The position numbers and the translations under genes were made by a program. Below, in pieces: positions 6,969 through 17,596 of a DNA stretch of 25,893 bases (position 1 is the first letter of the stretch; every line of letters begins with the position of its first letter). The notes under the pieces are model-generated. The model worked only from the letters and a program-made list of their open reading frames with translations, did not search any database and was not told where the DNA came from. The stretch lies in IMG/VR virus record IMGVR_UViG_3300020045_016145, positions 1-25,893 of that record, one strand, 5' to 3'. Origin of the DNA: a virus (Duplodnaviria; Caudoviricetes).

Positions 6969-8162
6969 ATGGATAAAGAATTGTTAGAAGCTTTAGAGGC
7001 TAAGTTTGCTACATTGCAAAGTAAACTTGCAGAAGCGCAAGAAGCTGGCGCAAGTAAAGAAGAAGTTCTTAAATTGCATGAAGCCATCAAAACTCAAGGA
7101 GAAGCTTTAGGAGCTTTCATTGAGGAGCAAAACAACAAACAAGTTGCGTCTTATACAGAGCAGTTTGTAAACTTTGTTGTTGAGAACAAAGAAAACTTGA
7201 AGACTATTCTTCAAAATAAAAGCGGCGTTATCGAGTTCGTGCCTAAAGCTGTTGGAGCAATCACAACAGGAAGCGGTGGAGACGGAGTAATTGTTCCGCC
7301 TAAAAACATGAATACAGAAGCTGGCGGATTCAACTTCCGTAATGATGATGCTTTAGTAAGTTTAGCTACTGTAACAAGTACTAATTCACCTACTTACTCA
7401 TATACTGAGTATGTGCCAAAAGATGGTAACTATGCATTCGTTGCAGAGGGAACTGTTAAACCACAAATTGACTTTACTTGGCAAAATCGCTATGCTGAGC
7501 CATTGAAAATCGCTGCTTATGAAGTATTGACAGAAGAGTCAGTAACTGATATTCCTCGTTTGGAATCTACAGCAAGAGAGTACTTGTTCAAAAAACACGG
7601 GCTATTCAAAGCAAACGCTATTTACTTCGGGGCTGGCACAGCTGGTATTGCTAAAGGAGCAACACTTTATGGTCGCGCATTTGTTGCTACCGGAATGACC
7701 GCTGGAGTTGTTAATCCAAATTTCATGGATGTTGTTAACGCAATCATCACTGATATTTACAGAACTCACAACTACACAGACGAATCTCCGTATGTTGCGA
7801 ATTTGGTTTTAATTAACCCAATAGATTTCTTCTTGAAATTGACTTCAGCTAAAGATGCTAATGGCTTACCATTGTATCCACAAGCTAGTTTGTTTAACCA
7901 AGTTACAATCGGTGGAGTTACAATCAAACCATGGGAAAAAGTAGCGTTAGGTAAAATTTTCGTTGCCGACATGTCTAAGTATAATGTTGCAAATTATATT
8001 CCATTCAGTATCCGTATAGGATGGATTAATGACCAATTCATTACTAACCAATTCACAATGCTTGGAGAATCACGTTTCTTTACTTATGTTAAGAAATTAG
8101 ACGAGCAAGCATTTGTATATGACACTATTGAAACTGTTAGAGCAGCTATCGCAGCAGTGTAA
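6969..8162 (+). CDS. Major capsid protein (HK97 fold)
   Basis: N-terminal coiled-coil delta domain, FVAEGTVKP, KIAAYEVLTEE, LINPIDF, KDANGLPL and F..N....LGESR. Codon usage is shifted toward TTC/AAC/ATC, as in highly expressed genes. Confidence 0.93.
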   Translation: MDKELLEALEAKFATLQSKLAEAQEAGASKEEVLKLHEAIKTQGEALGAFIEEQNNKQVASYTEQFVNFVVENKENLKTILQNKSGVIEFVPKAVGAITTGSGGDGVIVPPKNMNTEAGGFNFRNDDALVSLATVTSTNSPTYSYTEYVPKDGNYAFVAEGTVKPQIDFTWQNRYAEPLKIAAYEVLTEESVTDIPRLESTAREYLFKKHGLFKANAIYFGAGTAGIAKGATLYGRAFVATGMTAGVVNPNFMDVVNAIITDIYRTHNYTDESPYVANLVLINPIDFFLKLTSAKDANGLPLYPQASLFNQVTIGGVTIKPWEKVALGKIFVADMSKYNVANYIPFSIRIGWINDQFITNQFTMLGESRFFTYVKKLDEQAFVYDTIETVRAAIAAV

Positions 8163-8201
8163 CAATCAAAAGTAAGTTGTAAACAGTAAAGCCTAAACAC
8201 C

Positions 8202-8882
8202 ATGATAATAGACAATTCATATTTTATAGACGAGATTTTTATACCGCATGCAAAACCATCTGTAACAGATGATATAACAGCTGTATCTGCCGACATAGCG
8301 TCGTTTATAAATACATATGCTAAGGAGTGTCTTGTCAAGTGTTTAGGCTATGCTTTATTTAAAGAATTCTCAGCAGAATTAGATTCAACAAAACCAAACG
8401 GATTAAAAACTGACGCTGATGAGAAATGGAACAAATTGTTAAACGGTACTGAGTACACTGATGCAACAGGCGCTTTAGCTGAATGGAAAGGCATACGCTT
8501 TAAAAGCAAAGACGTGTATAATAAATCTTTCTTAGCTGACTATGTTTATTATTTTTATGAGAAATCAGAAGACGACGATAGAGTTGGTTTAGGTAACGTA
8601 AAACAAGTTGGAAAAAACTCAGTATCAGTTAGCAAGACGCCAAAAGTAAATGCAGCTTGGAGAAGATTCTTCAATGCAGTACAAGGAGGTCAAAACTTTC
8701 CATCTATACATACGATGAGTTTTCCAGCAATCGGAGTTTCAGGCTTTGGAATTGATTGGATGGCGCAAAACAACGAAGCTTCATTATATAGCTTTATAAA
8801 TAACGCTAATCTAGAAGCTCCAGACACATACAAAGATTTTAAACCGTATTCATTTACTAATGCTAATCAATTTGGATTATGA
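8202..8882 (+). CDS. Putative head-tail adaptor/connector
   Basis: Follows the capsid gene. MIIDNSYF..EIFIP start and SFLADYVYYFY motif resemble Bacteroidota siphovirus neck-region proteins. Confidence 0.55.
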   Translation: MIIDNSYFIDEIFIPHAKPSVTDDITAVSADIASFINTYAKECLVKCLGYALFKEFSAELDSTKPNGLKTDADEKWNKLLNGTEYTDATGALAEWKGIRFKSKDVYNKSFLADYVYYFYEKSEDDDRVGLGNVKQVGKNSVSVSKTPKVNAAWRRFFNAVQGGQNFPSIHTMSFPAIGVSGFGIDWMAQNNEASLYSFINNANLEAPDTYKDFKPYSFTNANQFGL

Positions 8883-9397
8883 TAGCGTCTAGTGCGATAA
8901 TCATCGAGAACAGGTTTGATGAAATATTTTCTTATCTGCCACAAATGCAAAATGCTTCTGGAATTTTGTTTTCCCCGACTTTTATGTATGGTGACCAAAA
9001 ACAACTACTAGATTTTTTAAGGCAAAATAGTAAAGGAGAAAGTAAATACCCTTTGATATGGCTGATATATCCATATAATGAAAAACACAAAAGAAGTTAT
9101 GTTGAATTTTCAGGGTTAAGCTTAGTTCTAGCTGTTGAAACAAATACATCAATGTTGAATAGTCAAAGAATGAAGGAAACATACGCAAAAGTGTTAATAC
9201 CTTTGTTTGACAACATAAAAAAATGTTTTAGCATAGCAAACATAGTAAATGTTCCAGATGTTTATGATATAGTAAAGTTTCCTAATTACAGCGAAGACGC
9301 TGGAGAGGAAAACGAAACTACATATGTTTGGGACGCATTGAAAGTTACTTTTGATGGAAAAATTAATAGCAATTGTTTACAACCAATAATATTTTAA
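8879..9397 (+). CDS. Putative tail terminator or head-tail joining protein
   Basis: 172 aa with a KYPLIWL motif, immediately upstream of the major tail protein; mostly positional. Confidence 0.45.
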   Translation: MIASSAIIIENRFDEIFSYLPQMQNASGILFSPTFMYGDQKQLLDFLRQNSKGESKYPLIWLIYPYNEKHKRSYVEFSGLSLVLAVETNTSMLNSQRMKETYAKVLIPLFDNIKKCFSIANIVNVPDVYDIVKFPNYSEDAGEENETTYVWDALKVTFDGKINSNCLQPIIF

Positions 9398-9418
9398 AAA
9401 TCTTTAAAAAAATATAAA

Positions 9419-10348
9419 ATGAGTACACTAGCTGAAATAGCAGACAAAAATCCAAACTGCGGTGGCGCATCCGCAGATACTGGTACATTAGGATGTCAAA
9501 TTGAATTTGGCACTCCACTACATGCAATAGGAATGCGCAAAGGAACAGTAATTCCTGCAAATACTGTTTTTGACAAAGTCTATATAGATACGCAAATTCA
9601 ATTAGGAAACTTCATTCCATTAATGGAAGCTGATTCTTTTGAAGAAACTTCATCTGAAGACGCTATGAATACAAATTCTAGAGGAGTTGACAGATTGAAT
9701 GTTATTGGACTTCCTAAATACGTTCTTACTTTTCAATCAGGGCATGAATTTTATAAACAAGTTTCTAAATTGACTTCATTCAAGTCTTTAGATTTTATGT
9801 TTGGAGATGGCTCTGGAAACTGGAAATTAGCAGTTAATTCTAATGGTGATTTTAAAGGATTCTCAGTTGGTCAAGTTGTTGCAATGATGACAAAAACCAA
9901 AGTACAAGGAGGAGACCCAGAAAGCAAAAAAGTTAGCATTCAAATGCTTGACCGTGACGAGTGGGATAGAAACTACGCAATTTTAGAAAGAAGCACATTG
10001 ACATTCTCTCCTGGAGATATCGACGGTGTTAATGGCGTTGAAATTGCTTTATCAGCTATTGCTACTGGAGCAACATCATTAACATTTACAGCTATTCTTG
10101 CTGCAGATAGAACAACACCTGTTTCAGGTTTAGTTGTTGCTGACTTCTTAATAACATCAGATGGCGTAGCTGTTGTTCCTACTTCTGTTACAGAAGGAGT
10201 TGATGGTACTTACGTTGCTGTTGTAGCCGCTGTTACAGCTGGTAAAAAAGTAGTAGTATCTACATTTGACGCTACAACTCAAACAACTGCAATAATTGTT
10301 GACGGTGTTTTATTCAGAGGCACATCAGCAGTTGTTACAGCTGCATAA
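9419..10348 (+). CDS. Major tail (tube) protein with C-terminal Ig-like extension
   Basis: 309 aa, positioned as expected and followed by a terminator. The C-terminal ~100 aa is Ala/Thr/Val-rich and beta-sandwich-like (TEGVDGTYVAV). Confidence 0.72.
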   Translation: MSTLAEIADKNPNCGGASADTGTLGCQIEFGTPLHAIGMRKGTVIPANTVFDKVYIDTQIQLGNFIPLMEADSFEETSSEDAMNTNSRGVDRLNVIGLPKYVLTFQSGHEFYKQVSKLTSFKSLDFMFGDGSGNWKLAVNSNGDFKGFSVGQVVAMMTKTKVQGGDPESKKVSIQMLDRDEWDRNYAILERSTLTFSPGDIDGVNGVEIALSAIATGATSLTFTAILAADRTTPVSGLVVADFLITSDGVAVVPTSVTEGVDGTYVAVVAAVTAGKKVVVSTFDATTQTTAIIVDGVLFRGTSAVVTAA

Positions 10349-10367
10349 TTGGTTTTGATTAGTAATT

Positions 10368-10393
10368 AAGCCTCGATAACACGGGGCTTTTTT
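10368..10393 (+). terminator. Rho-independent terminator
   Basis: Stem AAGCCTCG / CGGGGCTT with a 6-nt loop, followed by a T-run, about 20 nt after the tail gene stop. Confidence 0.85.
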
Positions 10394-10404
10394 AAAATTT
10401 TGTT

Positions 10405-11013
10405 ATGGCTAAAGTTAGAGCAGGAACACTTGGTAAGGGAAGTTATATAGGTCCAAGCGGGAAAAGCACTTTAAGACCAAATTTAACAGGAGCTCAAATA
10501 ATTTCTAGTGACTATAGTTTATCGAAGCTTTCTTATGAAGAATACCAAGCAGAGTTAAAAAAGTTTAATAAAGACTTATCTAAGACAATAAAAACTATAA
10601 TAACTACTAATAAACTATACATAGCTCAAATAGTTAAAAATAGGTTATATAATTTACAAGTAAACGCAGAAGAACAAAAAATAAGTATGTTCCCTGATGC
10701 TATGCGGGCCGCTAAAGCAGCACAAAGCAGAAGCACATTAAAAAAGGGATTTGGAGGAGGATTTAAAATAGTAGAACGAGTTGACTTGTTTGACACAGGA
10801 GCATTCTACACAAGCTTAAGTGCCGACTATATCGACGGCAAGATAGTTATAACCAGTAATGATTATAAAAAAGCAACGTTGATAAAAAAATACGGAGAAA
10901 ACGTTTTTCAGTTAACTACAAAGGAAGTAAACTGGATTAACGAAAACATAATAGACAAAGAGATTCAAAAGATTCTTGACGCCATGGAATTTAGGGTTGA
11001 TTTTAAACTCTAA
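10405..11013 (+). CDS. Tail completion/neck protein (HK97 gp10-like, DTG motif)
   Basis: Basic protein containing VDLFDTGAFYTSL and KKYGENVF, motifs typical of this group of virion morphogenesis proteins. Confidence 0.55.
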   Translation: MAKVRAGTLGKGSYIGPSGKSTLRPNLTGAQIISSDYSLSKLSYEEYQAELKKFNKDLSKTIKTIITTNKLYIAQIVKNRLYNLQVNAEEQKISMFPDAMRAAKAAQSRSTLKKGFGGGFKIVERVDLFDTGAFYTSLSADYIDGKIVITSNDYKKATLIKKYGENVFQLTTKEVNWINENIIDKEIQKILDAMEFRVDFKL

Positions 11014-11069
11014 TATCCCAAACCCCCAACTTAAAATATTTTTTACATACATTTTCTTAGTCCCGTATC

Positions 11070-11125
11070 AAACCCGGGTTGAAATAAACGCTTTTAAGGA
11101 GTTTTTATTTCAACTACGGGTTTTT
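11070..11125 (+). terminator. Long inverted repeat, terminator-like hairpin
   Basis: AAACCCG-GGTTGAAATAAA (11070-11088) pairs with TTTATTTCAACT-A-CGGGTTT (11104-11123), about 19 bp with one bulge, followed by Ts. Confidence 0.7.
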
Positions 11126-11205
11126 ATATTTAAAGTATATTTTGATTAAAATTTGACTATTTAAAACATCATCTGAAGCAAATTAACAACTATTATTATA
11201 TTATT

Positions 11206-11835
11206 ATGGAATTTTATAAATCTTGCAAGACTTTATCAATATATGCATTTAATGAAATTCTTAAAGGTGGAGATTTAAGGTTTTTAATTAAAGAGTATGA
11301 CGAATATAGCGAAGAAGAAATTAAGTTGGTTGGTGTATATTTAGACGAAGCCACAGAGCTTTTTAAAAACATACTATACGAATATTCTGAAATAACAACA
11401 AATAGAAGTTTATTATCAAGCTTTGGTTCTCAAATAAATATTACAAAAGAAGAGTTTAGATATAACTTAACAGAAAAAATATTAAATTTCTATGCTGAAA
11501 GTAATGATTTAGATATTTTAAATATACTAAATAACTTAGAATGGAAAATCGATATTAGTAGCGATGTTAATAGTCAAATCAAAACTATAGTAGCTTCAAT
11601 GAGAAAGCTTAAAACAAAAATAAATATTTTAAAAATAAAATACGAAGAGAAGTTTAAAAATAAAACAAAAGATAGTAAAGAAGATGTTTTTATTGATAAA
11701 CTTGAATCAGATGCTATAGCATTAGAAATAGCATTAAAAATATCTTATTCAATAGATACTAAAAAGACATCTATTAGTAAGTGGGTTAGCATGTGGAATG
11801 TTGCAGATCGAATGAATAAATCTAAAAATAATTAA
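11206..11835 (+). CDS. Putative tail assembly chaperone
   Basis: Helical charged protein directly upstream of the tape measure gene; positional call. Confidence 0.45.
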   Translation: MEFYKSCKTLSIYAFNEILKGGDLRFLIKEYDEYSEEEIKLVGVYLDEATELFKNILYEYSEITTNRSLLSSFGSQINITKEEFRYNLTEKILNFYAESNDLDILNILNNLEWKIDISSDVNSQIKTIVASMRKLKTKINILKIKYEEKFKNKTKDSKEDVFIDKLESDAIALEIALKISYSIDTKKTSISKWVSMWNVADRMNKSKNN

Positions 11836-11837
11836 AG

Positions 11838-14800
11838 ATGGCAAATGCAAAAATAGATACTAAAGACGCTGTAAAAGAAATAAATAATCTTATAGAGCAA
11901 TTTAACTTGTTAATTAAAGCAACAGGCGATGTATCAACTATATCTAAAGCTAATTTTAGAAAAGTAGAAACGGCATTACAAGGTCTTCAAAAAGTATCTG
12001 CGCAATCAAACGCTACTTTTAATCAACTTAACGATGCTCAAAAGAAAGCTTCGTTAGCAGCGAACGCAGAAGCAGAGGCTTTGCGTAAATCATCTAAAGA
12101 ATTAGACAGGAATGCTAAAGCGGCTAAATCAGCAGCTGTGTCACAAGAAGTATTAGAAAAAAATACAATAAAAACAACCGGAGCATTAAGCGGTTTTTTT
12201 ACTGGGCTATGGAGCGTGATAAAAGCATTTGGAGTATTTGAAGGCTTAAGATTAGGAGCTGCTATTATAAAAGATGCATACAGTCTAACTAAACAGTTTG
12301 ACTCTATGAAGTTTTCATTAGAAACTGTTACAGAAAGTTTATTTGACGCTGCTATTTCAAATAGATTTATGTTAGAAATAACAAATGACTTTGGAGTTGA
12401 ATTAGTAGCTACAACACAAAGATGGATTAAGTTTTTAGCCGCAGCAAAGCAATCAGGTGTTACATTAAAAGACACTGAAGATATATTTCGTTCTGTTACA
12501 AAAGCAGGCGCTACTTTAGGTTTGCAAACAGACGACTTAGCAACTGTTTATTTAGCGTTAGAACAAATGATGTCTAAAGGAAAAGTTACAACAGAAGAAC
12601 TACGTAGACAATTAGGTGAAAAATTACCTGGAGCTGTTGGTATTATGGCTGCCGCTGTCGGAGTTAATGTAAATGAATTAGATAAACTACTTAAAAAAGG
12701 AGAGTTATTATCAGCAGATGTTTTACCTAAATTTGCTAAAGCTTTAGAAGCTGCGTATGGAATTGAAACTTTAGAATCAATAGAAACTATAGTTTCAGCA
12801 CAAAATAGACTTACTAATGCTTGGGAGATATTTGTTAAAAATGTAGTAGAAGGCAAAAGCTGGATAGGAATAACAATGAACTCAATAGCTGGTGGTATTA
12901 GCAATGTGTTAACATTATTAGGAGGCTCAAGTTCTTATTATAAAAACATGTTTAATAATAAAGCAATAACTGAAGGAAAAATATTTGCTAAACACTTAAC
13001 AGATATAGCAACTGGTATATTAGACGAAAAAAAAGCGCAAGATAAGCAATGGGATTATTTAGATAACGAAGCTAGATTAGCTAGAGAACACAAACTTACA
13101 TTAAGCACTAAAAACACTTCTAAAATAGAAAGAGACGCTGCTCAAAAAAGAGTAGATGAAACGACTGCTGACTTAGTTGCATATGGATTAGAAAGAGATA
13201 AAATTCTAAAATCAATAGCAAAACAAGATATAGACAGAACCGCAGCGGCTTATGATGCTCAAGTTATTATAACAGAAGAAGCTAGAAAAGCAATGGAGGA
13301 AAATTCAACTAGAGCTACTAATCGTGTTTATGGAATACAGCTTCAAGCTTTAGCTAAATTAGAATCTAGACTTGCTCATTATAGAAAATTAGTAGAAGAA
13401 TCTACAGCAGTAGGATTTAAAGATGATGATGCCCCAGGTAGAAAACCAGCTACGTTTGAAGTTAAGCCTGTTAACGATTTAACTAACGAACTTAGAAAAG
13501 TAGAATTAAAAAATCAAAAAGAATTAAATGATGAGTTATTAGCTGGCGACAAAGCTTCTTATGAAGAAAGACAAAAAGCAGCGATGGACAATGTTGGAAT
13601 AGGATTAGAAATTGCACAAGTAGCTTATGATGAAGAAATTGAAAAAGCAGATTCTTATTATTTTAAAATGCTTGATGATTTAAATGACGCTATTAGAAAA
13701 GGAAGTAAAATAGAAGGGGACCAGTTGAAATTTAGAATGGACCTTAAACAAAATCATATAGATGCTACTTTAATAGCAACGCAAAATCAGAACAAAGCTG
13801 TATTAGATGTTGAACAAAAATTTGCTGAAGAACAAATTAAACTAGCAAAACAAGTTGAAGATGAAAAAATAGCTATTTCAGACAGCAAATATAATAAAGA
13901 TGTTATAGCAGCCAAAAATGCGTATAATGCATCTGCAAAAACAGCAGCAGACCAAAAAACGTTAGATGAAGCTTTAACTAAAGCGGCTATTGAACAAGGC
14001 AATGCTCAAATAGAAATAAGAATAGCGACTTTAGAAGCTTTACTTGAATACGGTGATTTAACAGATACTCAAACAAAAGACACAATTCTTTTAATAGAAA
14101 AATTAAAAGCGTCTTTACAAACATTTAAACCCGGAGATGATTTAAAAACAGCTGCGGATAAATTTGTAGAAATTTTAGAGTTTGTAAGTGAAGCAAGTCA
14201 AGCTATATCAGACTTAGGTAGCGCTATATTTGATAGAAAAATTGAAAGTATTAATGCTGAAATAGAAGCTGAAAAAAATAAATATGACACTTTAATTGGT
14301 TTAGCAAAAGGTAATAAAGACGAACAAGTTAGGCTTCAAACTGAAAAAGACGCTAAACTAAAAGAATTAGAAGCTAAAAGACTTAAAGAAGAACAACGTA
14401 AAGCTAAATTTGAAAAAGCTAATGCTTTAATACAAATTGCCATTAATACAGCTATAGCTATTGCCAAAGCAGCAGGTCAAACTGGAACAGGGTTTGTTAT
14501 AACTACGCCTATGTTGATTGCATTAGGAGCTATTCAAGCAGCAACTGTATTAGCTCAGCCAATACCTAAATATGAACACGGTCTTAAAAACGCTAAATCA
14601 GACCACATAGGTATGATTAATGATGGGCCTAATCAAGAATTTATTGAACGCGACGGAAATATATTAACAACATCTACCAAAAATGCTATTGTTAACTTAA
14701 AGAAAGGAGATACCGTACATAAATCTTATGATGATATGGTAGGAGATAGTATATTTAGCAATTTGTCGCGTTCAATACTTTTAAATGGATTGTCAACTAA

Positions 14801-14972
14801 ACCAGATTCATACTCAAGAGAGGCTAACTTGGAAAAAGTATTTGATAAGAATTTAAAAACATTAAATAAAGATTTAAAAAATGGCATAAAAGACGGGTTT
14901 AAAAATGTAAACATACATAATCATACATCTTATGATGCTGATTGGATTAGATATAAAAATGATACTTTATAA
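11838..14972 (+). CDS. Tail tape measure protein
   Basis: Tape-measure domain LEQMMSKGKVTTEELRRQLGEKLPGA, long Ala/Lys/Glu coiled coil, and hydrophobic C-terminal IALGAIQAATVLAQPIPKY. Confidence 0.93.
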   Translation: MANAKIDTKDAVKEINNLIEQFNLLIKATGDVSTISKANFRKVETALQGLQKVSAQSNATFNQLNDAQKKASLAANAEAEALRKSSKELDRNAKAAKSAAVSQEVLEKNTIKTTGALSGFFTGLWSVIKAFGVFEGLRLGAAIIKDAYSLTKQFDSMKFSLETVTESLFDAAISNRFMLEITNDFGVELVATTQRWIKFLAAAKQSGVTLKDTEDIFRSVTKAGATLGLQTDDLATVYLALEQMMSKGKVTTEELRRQLGEKLPGAVGIMAAAVGVNVNELDKLLKKGELLSADVLPKFAKALEAAYGIETLESIETIVSAQNRLTNAWEIFVKNVVEGKSWIGITMNSIAGGISNVLTLLGGSSSYYKNMFNNKAITEGKIFAKHLTDIATGILDEKKAQDKQWDYLDNEARLAREHKLTLSTKNTSKIERDAAQKRVDETTADLVAYGLERDKILKSIAKQDIDRTAAAYDAQVIITEEARKAMEENSTRATNRVYGIQLQALAKLESRLAHYRKLVEESTAVGFKDDDAPGRKPATFEVKPVNDLTNELRKVELKNQKELNDELLAGDKASYEERQKAAMDNVGIGLEIAQVAYDEEIEKADSYYFKMLDDLNDAIRKGSKIEGDQLKFRMDLKQNHIDATLIATQNQNKAVLDVEQKFAEEQIKLAKQVEDEKIAISDSKYNKDVIAAKNAYNASAKTAADQKTLDEALTKAAIEQGNAQIEIRIATLEALLEYGDLTDTQTKDTILLIEKLKASLQTFKPGDDLKTAADKFVEILEFVSEASQAISDLGSAIFDRKIESINAEIEAEKNKYDTLIGLAKGNKDEQVRLQTEKDAKLKELEAKRLKEEQRKAKFEKANALIQIAINTAIAIAKAAGQTGTGFVITTPMLIALGAIQAATVLAQPIPKYEHGLKNAKSDHIGMINDGPNQEFIERDGNILTTSTKNAIVNLKKGDTVHKSYDDMVGDSIFSNLSRSILLNGLSTKPDSYSREANLEKVFDKNLKTLNKDLKNGIKDGFKNVNIHNHTSYDADWIRYKNDTL

Positions 14973-14990
14973 TTAAAAACAAAAAATACA

Positions 14991-17594
14991 ATGTCTATAA
15001 TTCAAGACTCATATTATAAAAAATATCGCTATTCTCTAAGAGGCGATTTAGGGACTCTATACATTTCAGAGCCAATAGGTTGGGATGAAGATAGAAAAAA
15101 ATTTAAACGATCTGGGGACGTGCACGGTGTTTTTATAAACTTATCAAATAATTTAGAGTTTTATATTGGAGATGAAGAGAATGATGGTGGTTATAATTAT
15201 CTAAAAGAGACTTATGCTATATACGGAATAAATGCAAAAGTTATTTTAATTAAAGAAGAAGATGTTTCTGGAACATGGATTGAATTATATAGAGGTAATT
15301 TTGATTTTTCAACATATACAAAAGGACCATATAAAATATCAATAATGTTTAACGAGTCTGGCTTGTATGAAAAAATTAAAGCTAGAAATTCAGAAGAACT
15401 AGAAGTAGATAGATTGACAACAATGGATGGCACTGTTATACCGGAAATGCGTGTTGACACAGTTGGATTAGACGGGCGCAAAATACTCATAATAGACGAG
15501 ATGAATTCAACTAAATCTGCAAACTATTATGATATACAATTAGAAGGCGGAGATGGAGGAGTTCTTTTTTTTCCAGACGGTCCTGATATAGCATTAAATT
15601 TTAGCGGCTCACGTGACTATGGCGCTGCTGTAATACCAACAAAAATGGTTGCTGAACAATCAGGTAATGCGCAAACAATATATGATTACAATTGTCCAGC
15701 TAATGATGGCAATTGGACTTTAGGCAATGCTAGTTCAACAGGCTCTATGTTTTATGATGAAGCTGATAATCCTAAGACATTAAAAATATCTATGGATATT
15801 CAAGTTAAAAAAATATTTAGTAATTCTATAGATGTAATGAGAGTAGAGTTGGTTAAGTATGGTGGAACATTAGGATTAGAAATATTAAGTCAAACAACAT
15901 TAATAGAAGCGATTAACCCTATTACAGATGTAATACATTCTTATAAAGTATCAGAATTGCTTATACCAATATTAACTGGAGAAAGTTTATCTTTAGTTGT
16001 ACATTGTAAAAAAGACGGTACATCGCCTGGATTTGTCAGAATAGTTAAAGCTGATATTATAGTATATGACGAAACCTATGCGGACCCATCATCAGCAAAA
16101 TTTTTATTGCCGTTTGAATCTTTAGATAGGATTATAAATATAATAACTGACGAGCCTAATAGATTAAAATCTAAAGCGCTTGGCAGAACAGATATTGGCT
16201 ATGCAAATGACGGAGAGGCTTCTTTAACCGGGTTAACAAATGGTTTTTGGGTTAGACAGTTTAATACAGAAAAGATAACAACTTCTTTTCAAGACTTTAT
16301 GGATTCATTTAAAGCTATTTGGCAATTAGGTTATGGCATAGAAAAAAATGGTTTTGATGAAATTGTTAGAGTTGAGCATATATCGCATTTTTATCAAAAT
16401 GTAGTAACAATAAGATTAACTGAACAACCTAGTAAAATAACTAGAAAATGCGCTAAAGAATATTTTTATAGTGGATTAGAAATAGGCTATTCTCAACCAT
16501 CTGGCGCAGTATTGTATGAAGAAGCTTTAGGGTTAGATGAATATAATATTTTAAATAAATTTACAACAGCTATAACCAGGATTGAAAATAAATTCATTAG
16601 CATAAGTAAATATAGAGCTGATTCGTATGGTACTGAATTTGCTAGGCGTAAACCTAAATTGTCATATCCAGAAGAAGATACTAGATATGATTTAAGCGTT
16701 ATGGTGCTTGATTTAAAACGTGGAATTAATAATATATTTCAACAAAGGAAATGGAACGATGATTTTGTTGTGCCAACTCCTTTTAATAAATTTAGCACTG
16801 GAATATATTCTCCAGAAACAGCAACGAATTTAAGATTCAGTCCAATGAACACGTTGCTTAGATGGGCCTTTTGGATTAAAGGAGGATTTATGAAAAACCT
16901 AACAGAGTTTGTTAGATATACAAGTTCTAATGGTAATTCAAGTTTAATTACTGAAATAGATAAAGTTGGTGGTGTACCTAGAGCTGAGAATGGGAATGTT
17001 TTAAATAGCGAGTTAGATAAAAATCTTTTTAACCCAGATACAATAACGTTTGAATACGCAATAGATGAAAAATTATTATTAGCGTTAAATGGAAAGACAT
17101 TGCACAATGGAGAAGAAATAATGAATTACTACGGATTAGTAGAATTCATTAATGAAGAGGGCGATTATGAATATGGTTTTTTATTAAGCGCTGAACCAAA
17201 TGCAAATGGAAAATTTGAATTATTAAGTTCAACAAAACGCATATCAAGCGTATCTAGCAATACAGGTAAAACAAGTATTATGATTGGGCCGTCATTATTA
17301 GTAACATTAAATCAAAATATAAATGAAGTAATATTAACATGGGCAGAAGCTAAAGCGCAAGAAGGAATATCTCATTATAGAGTATACATGGATGGAAAAT
17401 TGGTTGGCAACACATTAGACAATTCAACCTCTTATACTATAATAAATGTAAGTGAATTTGTAGAACACAATTTTTATGTTATAGGCGTTACAAATCAATG
17501 TAGGGTTACTACACAATCAAATGTGGCTACTATCACATTACCAACAACACCAACTTCAAATAACTTAGATTTTAACTTAAATAAATATTTATAA
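14991..17594 (+). CDS. Tail tip/hub structural protein with C-terminal fibronectin type III domain
   Basis: Follows the tape measure gene and has an N-terminal EPIGWD motif. C-terminal VILTWAEA...ISHYRVYMDG...SYTI...FYVIGV is FN3-like. Confidence 0.7.
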   Translation: MSIIQDSYYKKYRYSLRGDLGTLYISEPIGWDEDRKKFKRSGDVHGVFINLSNNLEFYIGDEENDGGYNYLKETYAIYGINAKVILIKEEDVSGTWIELYRGNFDFSTYTKGPYKISIMFNESGLYEKIKARNSEELEVDRLTTMDGTVIPEMRVDTVGLDGRKILIIDEMNSTKSANYYDIQLEGGDGGVLFFPDGPDIALNFSGSRDYGAAVIPTKMVAEQSGNAQTIYDYNCPANDGNWTLGNASSTGSMFYDEADNPKTLKISMDIQVKKIFSNSIDVMRVELVKYGGTLGLEILSQTTLIEAINPITDVIHSYKVSELLIPILTGESLSLVVHCKKDGTSPGFVRIVKADIIVYDETYADPSSAKFLLPFESLDRIINIITDEPNRLKSKALGRTDIGYANDGEASLTGLTNGFWVRQFNTEKITTSFQDFMDSFKAIWQLGYGIEKNGFDEIVRVEHISHFYQNVVTIRLTEQPSKITRKCAKEYFYSGLEIGYSQPSGAVLYEEALGLDEYNILNKFTTAITRIENKFISISKYRADSYGTEFARRKPKLSYPEEDTRYDLSVMVLDLKRGINNIFQQRKWNDDFVVPTPFNKFSTGIYSPETATNLRFSPMNTLLRWAFWIKGGFMKNLTEFVRYTSSNGNSSLITEIDKVGGVPRAENGNVLNSELDKNLFNPDTITFEYAIDEKLLLALNGKTLHNGEEIMNYYGLVEFINEEGDYEYGFLLSAEPNANGKFELLSSTKRISSVSSNTGKTSIMIGPSLLVTLNQNINEVILTWAEAKAQEGISHYRVYMDGKLVGNTLDNSTSYTIINVSEFVEHNFYVIGVTNQCRVTTQSNVATITLPTTPTSNNLDFNLNKYL

Positions 17595-17596
17595 TC

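Noticed and set aside
11206-11835. Programmed frameshift in the tail assembly chaperone (lambda G/GT style)
   Set aside because: A single ORF runs right up to the tape measure gene with no second overlapping frame to shift into, and I found no convincing in-register slippery site.
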